Of a stretch of 33,839 nucleotides of DNA, positions 22,862 to 32,057 are shown piece by piece. How positions within the stretch are numbered: the stretch's first letter is position 1; each line of letters starts with the position of its first letter. The position numbers and the translations under genes are program-made. The notes under the pieces were generated by a model that saw only the letters and a list, made by a program, of their open reading frames with translations, was not told where the DNA came from and did no database searches. Origin of the DNA: Kiritimatiellia bacterium (GTDB lineage Bacteria > Verrucomicrobiota > Kiritimatiellia > RFP12 > UBA1067); contig JBGUVV010000195.1 in assembly GCA_045220525.1 (NCBI GenBank), forward strand, positions 1 through 33,839. The letters run 5' to 3'.

Positions 22862-24517
22862 TTATTCACTCTCGTTCTCCATTTCTCTGTGCAAATTCAA
22901 CATGGTCTCCCTTGCCATGCGCTTGGCTTCCTCTTGCTTTGCCTCAAAATACGCCTTGAACTCTTTCAACTGCTCAACTTCTTTCCTTAGCTGCTCAACC
23001 TCTACAGGTTGTGGAGGGGCATCTGCTCTTTGCGCACTCACCCCCATGGAATGCCCATTAAGACTTTCCTTAAGCATTCTTATTTCCTCGGACCATTTTG
23101 CAAAGTCATTCTTTAGAGACCTGTTTTCCTCAGACTGCCCGTCAAGGGCATCTATCATGGATTTGTTTTCCGCAGACTGTCTGACAAGGTCTTCCTTCAG
23201 AGGTGCGATCTCTGCTGTCTGCTTGGCGAGGGATTGTTTCAACGCTTTAATTTCCGCAGAACGCTTGGCAAGGTCATCCCGCAGGGACTTGTTTTCCTCG
23301 GATTGCTTGGCAAAGTCTCCCCGCAGGGCCTTGTTTTCCTCAGATTGCTTGGTAAAGTCTTCCCGCAGAAGCGCAATTTCTGCTGAAGGTTTTGCGAGGC
23401 CTTCCTTCAGAGCTTTGATTTCCGCAGATTGCCTAACCATGTCATCAGCCAACGACTTGTTTTCCGCAGAACGCTTGGCAAGGTCTTCACGCAAGGAGCG
23501 ATTCTCCGAGTATTGCCTGGCAATAGCATCCGTCAATGCCTTGTTTTCTGCAGAACGCTTAGCAAGAGCATCCCTCGTGCGTCCGCTGGAAACACTAAAA
23601 AACACCTGGATGGCGACGACGGCAAGCACAGACAGCGCAATCGTAACTTTTGCGGCGCGTGATCCGACAATGGATGCAAGCGACATCTTTCGGCGAAGGT
23701 TTTCGAGAGCCTTCAACAATGCCGTGGCGGACTGATAACGGCGGCGATGGTCCTCGTCCGTCGCCTTGTTGAGGATGCGCCACCACGCATTGAAGAACTT
23801 CGAGTCCGTTTCAGCCTCAATGGAGGGTCCCTTGCTCAAGTCTTCGACGCTCCGGCCAAAGCTTGCCGCCTTTAGGGTTTGCCCAAGGCTAAAAATGTCG
23901 CCCGTGTCATTGGTGAAGCCCTCCGACGGTGCATAGCCTTGCGTTCCCACGCATGATACGGCTTCGGAAGTCTCGACGACGAGACCGGGATCGGAGAGGA
24001 CGGGACTGCCCTCGACATACAGCACATTTCCCGGCTTTATGTCGCGATGCAGGAGATGGTGTTGCTGAAGCGCGGCAAGGCCTTTAGAAAGCGTGATACC
24101 AAGCTTGACGCACTCGGCAAGCGGCATAGCTTTCACGCTGTCAATGACGCTGGCGAGGTTTTTTGGACGATAGGCCTCAACCTCTAAATATTCGCGGCCA
24201 AATTCATCGTCCGCAAGTTCCATGACAGCATAGAACCCCCAGGGCTCCTCGGCAAGTTCCAACATGCTGACAAGCCCCTCCTGCGGGGGAATTGCGCTAT
24301 AGAGTTTTGCGCCGCGCAGTTCGCGCTCATAACGTTCATCGCCAATGTCTTCGCGACGGCAGACTTTCGCCGCGACCCAGTCGCCATCAGTCCCTTCGGC
24401 AAGATAGACAACGCCATATGCGCCGCGGCCGATCTCGCGGTCAAGCCGCCATGAGCCGCAACGCGGCTTATGAGCCGAGTCATCTTCGTTCGGCTGGATC
24501 TCGCGCAAGTTCTTCAT
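22862..24517 (-). CDS. Membrane-anchored Hanks-type Ser/Thr protein kinase (paralog 2) with a repetitive coiled-coil C-terminal domain
   Basis: I place the start at ATG 24517 (MKNLREIQPNEDD). The track ORF extends to 24703 only by reading through the tRNA gene. The kinase domain is a close paralog of 6515-7849 (IGRGAYGVVYLAEG, HRDIKPGN, LSDPGLV). It has one TM helix (VTIALSVLAVVAIQVFFSV). Confidence 0.85.
   Translation of the reverse strand: MKNLREIQPNEDDSAHKPRCGSWRLDREIGRGAYGVVYLAEGTDGDWVAAKVCRREDIGDERYERELRGAKLYSAIPPQEGLVSMLELAEEPWGFYAVMELADDEFGREYLEVEAYRPKNLASVIDSVKAMPLAECVKLGITLSKGLAALQQHHLLHRDIKPGNVLYVEGSPVLSDPGLVVETSEAVSCVGTQGYAPSEGFTNDTGDIFSLGQTLKAASFGRSVEDLSKGPSIEAETDSKFFNAWWRILNKATDEDHRRRYQSATALLKALENLRRKMSLASIVGSRAAKVTIALSVLAVVAIQVFFSVSSGRTRDALAKRSAENKALTDAIARQYSENRSLREDLAKRSAENKSLADDMVRQSAEIKALKEGLAKPSAEIALLREDFTKQSEENKALRGDFAKQSEENKSLRDDLAKRSAEIKALKQSLAKQTAEIAPLKEDLVRQSAENKSMIDALDGQSEENRSLKNDFAKWSEEIRMLKESLNGHSMGVSAQRADAPPQPVEVEQLRKEVEQLKEFKAYFEAKQEEAKRMARETMLNLHREMENESE
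23072..23575 (-). repeat. Twelve in-phase 42-bp (14-aa) tandem repeats inside the kinase gene (consensus about R-D-D-L-A-K-Q-S-A-E-N-K-A-L)
   Basis: Residues 315-482 of the 551-aa protein read RDALAKRSAENKAL / TDAIARQYSENRSL / REDLAKRSAENKSL / ADDMVRQSAEIKAL / KEGLAKPSAEIALL / REDFTKQSEENKAL / RGDFAKQSEENKSL / RDDLAKRSAEIKAL / KQSLAKQTAEIAPL / KEDLVRQSAENKSM / IDALDGQSEENRSL / KNDFAKWSEEIRML. There are no indels. Confidence 0.9.
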
Positions 24518-24537
24518 GCCAAATATTATATCACATT

Positions 24538-24625
24538 TGGCGGAGGGAGAGGGATTCGAACCCCCGATGCCTTGCGGCACGCCGGTTTTCAAGACCGGTG
24601 CGATCAACCACTCCGCCATCCCTCC
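24538..24625 (-). tRNA. tRNA-Ser (anticodon UGA), CCA encoded
   Basis: The reverse strand reads GGAGGGATGGCGGAGTGGTTGATCGCACCGGTCTTGAAAACCGGCGTGCCGCAAGGCATCGGGGGTTCGAATCCCTCTCCCTCCGCCA. It has a 7-bp acceptor stem, an anticodon stem CCGGT/ACCGG with loop CTTGAAA, a long variable arm (class II) and a TTCGAAT T-loop. Confidence 0.9.
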
Positions 24626-24759
24626 AGCACAGGCGAAACGCCTTTTTGCGCGTGCTGGGCGTATTATACCAAAATCCACGCGATGTGAGAAGTCTCTGCA
24701 CACGGGAAACGATATTTGCTATAATACTGTAAATCACCAACGAAAGGCACTGACGCAAG

Positions 24760-25797
24760 ATGTCGAACAGAAACTATTCTAAAGAGGAACTGACCTCGGC
24801 CTTGGCCGGATTCGGAATCGTAAACGCGACAGACATTTCCCGCTACGGCTCCGGCCATATCAACGACACGTTCAAGGTGGAGACGACTTCGGGCGTGAGA
24901 TACATCCTGCAGCGCGTGACCGACGCGTTCGACAAGGAAGTCCTCAAGGAGAACATCCTGCGCGTAACAGGCCATCTAAAGGCCAAGGGCGTGAAGACCC
25001 TCGACGTCATAGGCTACGAAAACCCCTGGCGCGTCTATGCGTTCCTTGAGGGATATTCGTCGGTGGACGTAATCTCGGAGCCCTCCCAGGCCGAGCTTGC
25101 CGCCGGAGCTTTCGCCGCGTTCCAGAACGCCCTTGCCGACCTGCCGGAGCCGAAGCTCCGTCCCGTCATCCCCCGTTTCCACGACACCGTCGACCGCATA
25201 CGCCTCCTCGACGAGGCGGCGGCGGCAGACGTAAAGGGCCGCAAGGCCGGAGTCGCGGCAGAGCTCGCGTTCGTCGATGCACGCCGCGAAGAGGCCGCGA
25301 AGATCGTGACGATGATGGCCAAGGGGGAGATTCCCGAGCGCATCACCCACAACGACACGAAGATCAACAACGTCATGATGGCGCCTGACGGGTCGAACGT
25401 CGTGATCGACCTCGATACGACGATGCCCGGTTCCGCGCTCTACGACTTCGGCGACATGGTGCGCACGTCCTCGGCCGCAGCCGCGGAGGACGAGAGGGAC
25501 CTTTCCAAGGTCTATTCGAAGAAGGAGTTTTTCGAGGCCCTCGTGAAGGGCTACCTCGCGCAGGCGAAGTTCCTCACGGAGGCGGAAAAGGCCAACCTCG
25601 CGTTCTCCGGGCGGCTCATCACGCTCACTATCGGCATCCGGTTCCTCACGGACTACCTGGCCGGCGACACATACTTCCACACCACATGCGAAGACCACAA
25701 CCTCGTAAGGTGCCGCACGCAGTTCAAGATGGTGGAGTCGATGGAGGCGCAGGCGGCGGAGTACGAGGCAATCGTGGCGAAATACTCGCGCCAATGA
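24760..25797 (+). CDS. Aminoglycoside-phosphotransferase-fold kinase, N-acetylhexosamine 1-kinase (NahK)-like
   Basis: 345 aa. YGSGHINDTFKV, ITHNDTKINNVMM and IDLDTTMPG match the APH/NahK catalytic motifs as I recall them. Confidence 0.65.
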   Translation: MSNRNYSKEELTSALAGFGIVNATDISRYGSGHINDTFKVETTSGVRYILQRVTDAFDKEVLKENILRVTGHLKAKGVKTLDVIGYENPWRVYAFLEGYSSVDVISEPSQAELAAGAFAAFQNALADLPEPKLRPVIPRFHDTVDRIRLLDEAAAADVKGRKAGVAAELAFVDARREEAAKIVTMMAKGEIPERITHNDTKINNVMMAPDGSNVVIDLDTTMPGSALYDFGDMVRTSSAAAAEDERDLSKVYSKKEFFEALVKGYLAQAKFLTEAEKANLAFSGRLITLTIGIRFLTDYLAGDTYFHTTCEDHNLVRCRTQFKMVESMEAQAAEYEAIVAKYSRQ

Positions 25798-26318
25798 GCC
25801 TCGCCGCAATCATAGTCGCCGCGGCGGCCGTCGCCGCCGCGGAAACCGCAACGACGAACACCGACGCTTCGGCCGTCTGCGAAAGGCCTCAGGAGGCGAG
25901 GATAACATCGGATTCCAGCTACTACGACCGCAAGGAGGGGCTGGTTGTATTCAAGGGCCGCGTCCACGTCGACGACGCCGAATACCAGATGCATTCCGAG
26001 CGGGGATTCCTCTTCCTTTCCGAGACCAATTCGCTTAGGCGCATCGTCGCCATGGGCGGCGTCGCGCTGACAAACGGCATGAGGCGCGCATACGCGGACA
26101 AGGTGATATACCGCCGCGACAACGGGCTTGTGATCCTGCATGGGAAGGAGGGAGCGCCGGCGACGGTAATCGAAGACACCGCCGCAGGGGAACGTTCCGT
26201 CCGCGGCAGGAAGATCCGCTTCTGGGTGAACCAGGAGCAGGTGGAGGTGATAGAGGCCGACATATCGGCCCCCAAGGCGTCCGGGGGGCAAGGGGTCGTC
26301 AGGGACCTTGTGCTTTGA
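25794..26318 (+). CDS. LptA/OstA-like periplasmic beta-jellyroll protein
   Basis: I place the start at ATG 25794, making an ATGA overlap with the previous stop (the track starts at 25686). It has a signal peptide (MSLAAIIVAAAAVAAAE). The repeated strand pattern ITSDSSYYDRKEGLVVFKGRVHVDD...AYADKVIYRRDNGLVILHG is typical of OstA_N/LptA. Confidence 0.55.
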   Translation: MSLAAIIVAAAAVAAAETATTNTDASAVCERPQEARITSDSSYYDRKEGLVVFKGRVHVDDAEYQMHSERGFLFLSETNSLRRIVAMGGVALTNGMRRAYADKVIYRRDNGLVILHGKEGAPATVIEDTAAGERSVRGRKIRFWVNQEQVEVIEADISAPKASGGQGVVRDLVL

Positions 26319-26339
26319 AAGCCAAACGACGAGCAGACA

Positions 26340-28682
26340 ATGAAAAAATCAAAGACAGCATTGGCAGTTTGCGCAGCCATCTGCGCGACGTGCGCTTTCG
26401 CGGCCCATGAGGGCGCGACGCCGTCATATCCCAACTTCGGCCTCCCTCGCGTGGAGGAGATGATGTTCCTCGTCCTGCAGCTTGGCGTCATCATATTTGC
26501 CGCGCGCCTCGGCGGGGCGATAGCCTCGATGATGAAGCTCCCGTCGATTCTCGGGGAGCTTGCGGCGGGCGTCGTCATCGGACCGTGGGCGCTCGGCGGC
26601 ATCGGATTCGGCGACGGGCTTTTCGCGGGCGGGCTTTTCCACGGAGCGTCCCTCAAGGCGATGAACGCGGCATCGGGCGGACAGGGTGTCGAGATGTTCG
26701 GCACGATTGCGGGGAACGGCGCGATGTTCGACGCGACGTCGCCCGCGCTCTACGGCATCGCGACCCTCGCCTCGGTGATACTCCTTTTCCTCTCCGGCCT
26801 CGAGACCGACCTCAAGATGTTCCTGCGCTATTCCTTCGTCGGCCTCATGGTAGGCCTCGGGGGCGTCGTCGTCTCGTTCGTGGCGGGCGACCTCTGCGCC
26901 GTCTATCTGCTGCCTGAGTTCTTCGGGCATTTTGCATACCTGAAGGACCTGCCGCTCGCCGAGGCGATGACCAAGGAGGCCCCGCTCTACATGGGCATCA
27001 TGTCGACGGCAACGTCCGTAGGCATAACGGCGCGCATCCTTTCCGAGAAGAAGAAGATGGACTCCGAGGAAGGCGTGACCATCATGGCCGGCGCCGTAAT
27101 CGACGACGTCCTCGGCCTCATCGTCCTCGCAGTCGGAAACGGCATAATCGCCGCGAACCACGTGGCCGCGAAAGTCGGCGCGGCGAACGGCGCGATGGAC
27201 TGGGGCGCAATCGGGATAGTCGCCGCGAAGGCGTTCGGGGTGTGGCTCGGCGCAACGGCAATCGGCCTCGTCGCCGCGCGCTGGATCGCGAAGGCCCTCA
27301 AGTCCCTCTTCCGCAGCCCCGTGGTCATAGCGACCATGGCCTTTGGCCTTGCACTCATCCTCGCAGGGTTCTTCGAGTTCATGGGCCTTGCGATGATAAT
27401 CGGCGCATACGTGATGGGCCTTTCGCTCTCGCGCACCGACCTCAAGCATCCCATACAGGAGATGCTAACTCCCGTATATACGTTCCTCGTGCCGATTTTC
27501 TTCTGCGCGATGGGCATGATGGTCGATATAAGCGCTCTTTGCTCAAAGCCGGTCCTCATCTTCGGCGGCATCTACACCCTGCTCGCCGTGGCGGCCAAGG
27601 TCCTGGGCTGCATGGTGCCTTCGATGTGCTGCGGCTTCAACATGCTCGGCGGTCTTAGGATTGGCGCCGGGATGGTTCCGCGCGGCGAGGTCGCGCTCAT
27701 AATCGCGGGCCTCGGCCTTTCGAGCGGATACCTGACGCAGGAGATCTTCGGCATTGGCATTCTCATGACCCTCGTCACGACGGTCTTCGCCCCGCCGGCT
27801 CTCGTGGGCCTCTTCACCCCTCGCGCCAAGGGCATAAGGAAGCCGCGCCCGCAGAACGACAACTCGCGCGAGATATGCTTCGAACTCGCAGGCAGCGACA
27901 TCGCGGAGTTCATGCTCGACAGGCTTGTCGCGGAATTCCGCGAAGAGGGCTTTTTCACTTCGCTTCTCTCGAAGGAAGACCACATCTGGGAAGTCGCGAT
28001 GGACGACATGGAGCTCGCGATCCGCCGCAACCGCCGCAACATCTACATCTCCTGCACGCCTGCGGAGGAGTCGATCGTCATGACCGCGTGGATGGAAGTC
28101 GCCTCGCAGATGAACGACCTTGCGCGCTCGATCTCGAAGCCCATCCGCCGCGAAGACGTCAACAAGGTCTTCAAGGACTCCGCCGCCGCAGGTCCAGGGC
28201 GCTCCGGCATCGGCCGCTATCTGCAGGGCTTCGTCATGCTGCCTGGCTTCCGCGCGGGATCGAAGCGCGAGGCCATCGAGAAGATGGTCGCGGCAGTAGC
28301 TGAGGCGTGCCCCCACCACGTCAAGGACGTCGCGGCGGCAACGGAGGCCGTGCTTAAGCGCGAGGAGTCGATGCCGACTGGCCTCGACCACGGCATCGCC
28401 GTTCCGCATGGCCGCACTCCGGATGTGAACGGCATTGCCGGAGCCGTTGCCATACTCGACAACGAGGGGACGGCGAACGGATGCCTCGCAGACTACGAGA
28501 CTATCGACAACTCGCCGGTGTCGATTGTGGTGCTCACGCTCGCAAACTCCGAGACGCAGACGCCCTACCTGCAGCTCATGAGCTTCATCTCCAAGGCCCT
28601 CAGGAGCAACAACGGATACGATAGGCTCCTTGCCTGCAAGACTGCGGACGAAATGAGAAAGTTCTTCCGCTCCGTGAAGTGA
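26340..28682 (+). CDS. CPA2-family cation:proton antiporter fused to a C-terminal PTS EIIA(Ntr/Fru)-type regulatory domain
   Basis: 780 aa. It has about 12 hydrophobic helices with a Na_H_exchanger-like pattern (LGELAAGVVIGP...). The soluble C-terminus carries GLDHGIAVPHGR, the EIIA_2 phospho-His motif. Confidence 0.8.
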   Translation: MKKSKTALAVCAAICATCAFAAHEGATPSYPNFGLPRVEEMMFLVLQLGVIIFAARLGGAIASMMKLPSILGELAAGVVIGPWALGGIGFGDGLFAGGLFHGASLKAMNAASGGQGVEMFGTIAGNGAMFDATSPALYGIATLASVILLFLSGLETDLKMFLRYSFVGLMVGLGGVVVSFVAGDLCAVYLLPEFFGHFAYLKDLPLAEAMTKEAPLYMGIMSTATSVGITARILSEKKKMDSEEGVTIMAGAVIDDVLGLIVLAVGNGIIAANHVAAKVGAANGAMDWGAIGIVAAKAFGVWLGATAIGLVAARWIAKALKSLFRSPVVIATMAFGLALILAGFFEFMGLAMIIGAYVMGLSLSRTDLKHPIQEMLTPVYTFLVPIFFCAMGMMVDISALCSKPVLIFGGIYTLLAVAAKVLGCMVPSMCCGFNMLGGLRIGAGMVPRGEVALIIAGLGLSSGYLTQEIFGIGILMTLVTTVFAPPALVGLFTPRAKGIRKPRPQNDNSREICFELAGSDIAEFMLDRLVAEFREEGFFTSLLSKEDHIWEVAMDDMELAIRRNRRNIYISCTPAEESIVMTAWMEVASQMNDLARSISKPIRREDVNKVFKDSAAAGPGRSGIGRYLQGFVMLPGFRAGSKREAIEKMVAAVAEACPHHVKDVAAATEAVLKREESMPTGLDHGIAVPHGRTPDVNGIAGAVAILDNEGTANGCLADYETIDNSPVSIVVLTLANSETQTPYLQLMSFISKALRSNNGYDRLLACKTADEMRKFFRSVK

Positions 28683-29974
28683 GCGCCGACACCATAGCCG
28701 CCGTAGCGACCGCCCCCGGGCCTGCCGGAGTGGCGGTCGTGCGCATTTCAGGGCCGGATGCGTTCGAGGTCGCCGCAAAGCTCGCCAGTCGCCCGCCAAT
28801 GCCGGGAGCGATTTCAACGGCGAAGATCAAGAACTTCAAAAGCGGCGCAACGATAGACCACTGCGTTGTCCTCGCCTTCAAGTCGCCGCGCTCCTACACG
28901 GGCGAGGACGTCGTGGAAATCCAGTGCCACGGCGGAATCGCAACACCCCGCCGTGTGCTTGAGTCGGCGCTCGCGGCCGGGGCAAGGCTCGCCCGTCGCG
29001 GCGAATTCACCGAGCGGGCGCTTCTCAACGGAAAGCTCGACTACGACCAAGCGGAGAGCGTGCTCGACCTCATAAACGCGAAGACCGACCGCGCGGCGGA
29101 CTCCGCGCTCGAGGGGCTGTCCGGAAAGAGGAAGCGCGAGTGCCGCGACCTCTATGACGACGCCATCGCGCTCTCCGCGAAGCTCGAATATGCGCTGGAT
29201 GTGTCGGAGGAGGACCTTGGCGACAGCTTCTTCGCGGCAGTTGAAAGCGATTTCGGCGCACTGCAGGCGAAGATAAGGAAGGCGGCCGCGAGAATCCGCG
29301 AAGGCAGGCTTCTTCGCGAAGGCGCGCTCGTGGTCCTGGCGGGGCCTGCAAACGTCGGAAAGTCAAGCCTGCTGAACGCCCTTCTCGACGACGAGCGCGC
29401 TATCGTCTCCGACATCCCAGGCACAACGCGCGACTCCATTGAAGCCTGGCTCGATATTGGCGGCTGGCCTGTGCGCCTCGTCGACACAGCAGGTCTCCGC
29501 GATACAGACGACAAGGTCGAGGCCGAAGGTGTCAGGCGAACAAAAGACCTTATTGCCAAGGCCGACCTTGTGCTCCGCCTCCAAGAGGCGTCGGGCAATC
29601 AAAATGCCGCGACAACGGGAGAACTCGCAGTCTTCACGAAATGCGATCTTTGCCAAGAGGCGCGAGAGAAGGCGAAGGGAGTTTTCACGAGCGCAAAAAC
29701 TCGCGAGGGACTTGACGAGCTCAAATGCGAAATCGCCAAAAGGCTTGAGGCGCTTGCAGAAAAAAGCGGCGAGGGGGAGCTCTCTTCCGACGAGTACGCG
29801 CTTGACGCGCTGCAAAAGGCAGGTGCCGCTCTCGACCTTAAGAAGCCTTGCGATTTAGTCATCATGGCAAATGCTGCCAGAAGCGCAGCCGACACGATTG
29901 GCCGCTTTCTGGGAATGACATATTCTTCCGACCTTCTTGAAAAGCTGTTTTCGCGCTTCTGCGTCGGGAAATAG
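28679..29974 (+). CDS. mnmE: tRNA uridine-5-carboxymethylaminomethyl modification GTPase MnmE
   Basis: DTIAAVATAPGPAGVAVVRISG at the N-terminus, G-domain motifs GPANVGKSSLLNAL and DTAGLR, and the C-terminal FCVGK (C-I/V-G-K) motif. The GTG start overlaps the antiporter stop. Confidence 0.9.
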   Translation: MSADTIAAVATAPGPAGVAVVRISGPDAFEVAAKLASRPPMPGAISTAKIKNFKSGATIDHCVVLAFKSPRSYTGEDVVEIQCHGGIATPRRVLESALAAGARLARRGEFTERALLNGKLDYDQAESVLDLINAKTDRAADSALEGLSGKRKRECRDLYDDAIALSAKLEYALDVSEEDLGDSFFAAVESDFGALQAKIRKAAARIREGRLLREGALVVLAGPANVGKSSLLNALLDDERAIVSDIPGTTRDSIEAWLDIGGWPVRLVDTAGLRDTDDKVEAEGVRRTKDLIAKADLVLRLQEASGNQNAATTGELAVFTKCDLCQEAREKAKGVFTSAKTREGLDELKCEIAKRLEALAEKSGEGELSSDEYALDALQKAGAALDLKKPCDLVIMANAARSAADTIGRFLGMTYSSDLLEKLFSRFCVGK

Positions 29975-30029
29975 CCCTATTCCTCTGCGGTTTATGGTAT
30001 AATACGCCTCTATGGAAAATGGGGGAAAA

Positions 30030-32057
30030 ATGGTAAATCTCACTATCGACGGCATACAGGTTAGCGTTCCAGACGGCGCGACCATACTTGATGCGGCCAA
30101 GGCCGCCAACATCGAAATACCCAATCTCTGCTTTATGCAGGAGCTCAAGCCCTACGGCGCGTGCGGCGTATGCGTGGTGGAAGTCGAAAAATGCCCTAAG
30201 CTCCTTAGGGCGTGCGCGACGAAAGCCAGCGAGGGTATGGTCGTCAACACGAAGGGCGAACGTGCCCTTCGCGCGAGGAAGCTGGCCCTTGAGCTCTTGA
30301 TGGGCGACCACGACGGCGACTGCCTCGGGCCGTGCAAGCTGAACTGCCCCGCCCATACCGACTGCCAGAAATACGTGAAGGAAATCGCCGAGGGCCGCTT
30401 CGCGGACGCCGTGGCGACGATAATGGAGACGTTCCCGATTCCATCGTCCATCGGCAGGGTCTGCCCGCACCCGTGCGAAAAGGCGTGCCGCAGGCGTTTT
30501 GTAGAATCCCCTATATCCATAGCGCACCTCAAGTATTTCGCGGCCGACCGCGTGAGGAAGGACGGCAACGCCCATCCCGTGAAGATCGCCGCGCCAACGG
30601 GGAAGAAGGTCTTCATCGTCGGCGGAGGCCCTGCCGGGCTTACCGCAGCGTTCAAGCTCGTGCAGCGCGGCCACTCCGTGACCGTTTACGACCAGATGCC
30701 CGAGATGGGAGGAATGCTTCGTTACGGAATTCCAGAATACCGCCTGCCGAAGGCCGTGCTGAAGGCGGAGACCGACGCGATTGCCGCGCTGGGAGTAAAG
30801 TTCGTGAACGGCTTCAAGGTCGGCCGCGACGGAACTCTCGAGTCGCTGCGCGGACAGTGCGACGCCCTTCTCGTGGCCAACGGCGCATGGAAGTCCTCAG
30901 GCATGAGGGTTAAGGGCGAAGAACTTAACGGCGTCTGGGGCGGGATAGATTTCCTCAGGGCTGTCGCAACGGGAAAGAAGGCAGATATCGGCGAACGAGT
31001 CGCCGTCGTCGGAGGCGGCAACACCGCCATGGACGCGTGCCGGACTGCGGTGCGCGTCGGCGCAAAGGAAGTCTTCGTCATATACAGGCGCACGCGGGCG
31101 GAGATGCCCGCAGAGGAAATCGAGATCGCGGAAGCGGAGGAAGAGGGAGTCGAATACAGGTTCCTTCGCGCTCCAGACGAGATTCTCGGCAAGGACGGCA
31201 AGGTGTGCGGTATGCGCCTCCAGGTAATGGAGCTCGGCGAGCCAGACGAACGCGGGCGCCGCAAGCCGGTGCCTGTGCCAGGCAAGTTCGAGGAGATCCA
31301 GCTTGACAGCGTGATCTCGGCAATCGGGCAGAGAAACGACCCAGAGGGCTTCGAGTTCCTTCCGCAGACACAGAAGGGAACCATCCTCGCGGACGAGGCG
31401 ACTTTTGCAACTTCCATTCCCGGCGTGTTCGCGTGCGGCGACGCAGTGAACAAGGGAGCGGGCATTGCAATCGGCGCAATCGCGCAGGCGAACGAAGCCG
31501 CACTCGCAGTGGATGCGTATCTTTGCGGGCGCGAATACTCGCCCGTCAAGCCCGTGATCTCGGAGCGTGAGGTTTCCGAGCGCGACTTCGCCGACCGCGA
31601 GAAGATTGCGCGAGTGGCCATGCCGCAGCGACCCGCCGACGAGCGCAGGCACGACTTTGGCGAAGTGAACCTCGGGCTTTCGGAAGAGGCGGCCATGGCC
31701 GAGGCGAAGCGCTGCCTTGAGTGCGGCTGCCACGACTTCGCCGACTGCAAGCTCATAAAATACGCGAACGAGCTTAAGACCGACACGAAGCGGCTGCGCG
31801 GCGAATTCCACCCTGGCTTCGTCGAGAAGAAGCTCGTCTGCATAGAGCGCAACCAGCGCAAGTGCATCACTTGCAACCTGTGCGTCCGCGTCTGCGAGAC
31901 TAAGGCGGGCAAGGGACTTCTCGGCCTTGTGGGCCGCGGCTTCAAGACTGTCATCAAGCCGGAGTTCGAAAGCCCCGCCGCCATAGCCGGATGCCGCGAA
32001 TGCCGCATGTGCGTCGAGGCATGCCCCACGGGCGCACTTCGGTTCGTCGAAAAATGA
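30030..32057 (+). CDS. GltD-family FAD/NAD(P)-dependent oxidoreductase with an N-terminal 2Fe-2S (NuoG-like) domain and a C-terminal 4Fe-4S domain
   Basis: MVNLTIDGIQV...CGVCVVEV is the 2Fe-2S domain. GGGPAGLTAA and VVGGGNTAMD are two dinucleotide folds, as in the glutamate synthase small chain. CxxCxxCxxxC motifs occur near the C-terminus (CITCNLCVRVC, CRECRMCVEACP). An alternative ATG lies at 30012. Confidence 0.8.
   Translation: MVNLTIDGIQVSVPDGATILDAAKAANIEIPNLCFMQELKPYGACGVCVVEVEKCPKLLRACATKASEGMVVNTKGERALRARKLALELLMGDHDGDCLGPCKLNCPAHTDCQKYVKEIAEGRFADAVATIMETFPIPSSIGRVCPHPCEKACRRRFVESPISIAHLKYFAADRVRKDGNAHPVKIAAPTGKKVFIVGGGPAGLTAAFKLVQRGHSVTVYDQMPEMGGMLRYGIPEYRLPKAVLKAETDAIAALGVKFVNGFKVGRDGTLESLRGQCDALLVANGAWKSSGMRVKGEELNGVWGGIDFLRAVATGKKADIGERVAVVGGGNTAMDACRTAVRVGAKEVFVIYRRTRAEMPAEEIEIAEAEEEGVEYRFLRAPDEILGKDGKVCGMRLQVMELGEPDERGRRKPVPVPGKFEEIQLDSVISAIGQRNDPEGFEFLPQTQKGTILADEATFATSIPGVFACGDAVNKGAGIAIGAIAQANEAALAVDAYLCGREYSPVKPVISEREVSERDFADREKIARVAMPQRPADERRHDFGEVNLGLSEEAAMAEAKRCLECGCHDFADCKLIKYANELKTDTKRLRGEFHPGFVEKKLVCIERNQRKCITCNLCVRVCETKAGKGLLGLVGRGFKTVIKPEFESPAAIAGCRECRMCVEACPTGALRFVEK

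Noticed and set aside
24518-24703. N-terminal 62-aa extension of the kinase ORF as given in the track (22862-24703).
   Set aside because: The extension is the translation of the tRNA-Ser gene and its upstream leader. The kinase homology with paralog 1 begins just after the internal Met at 24517.
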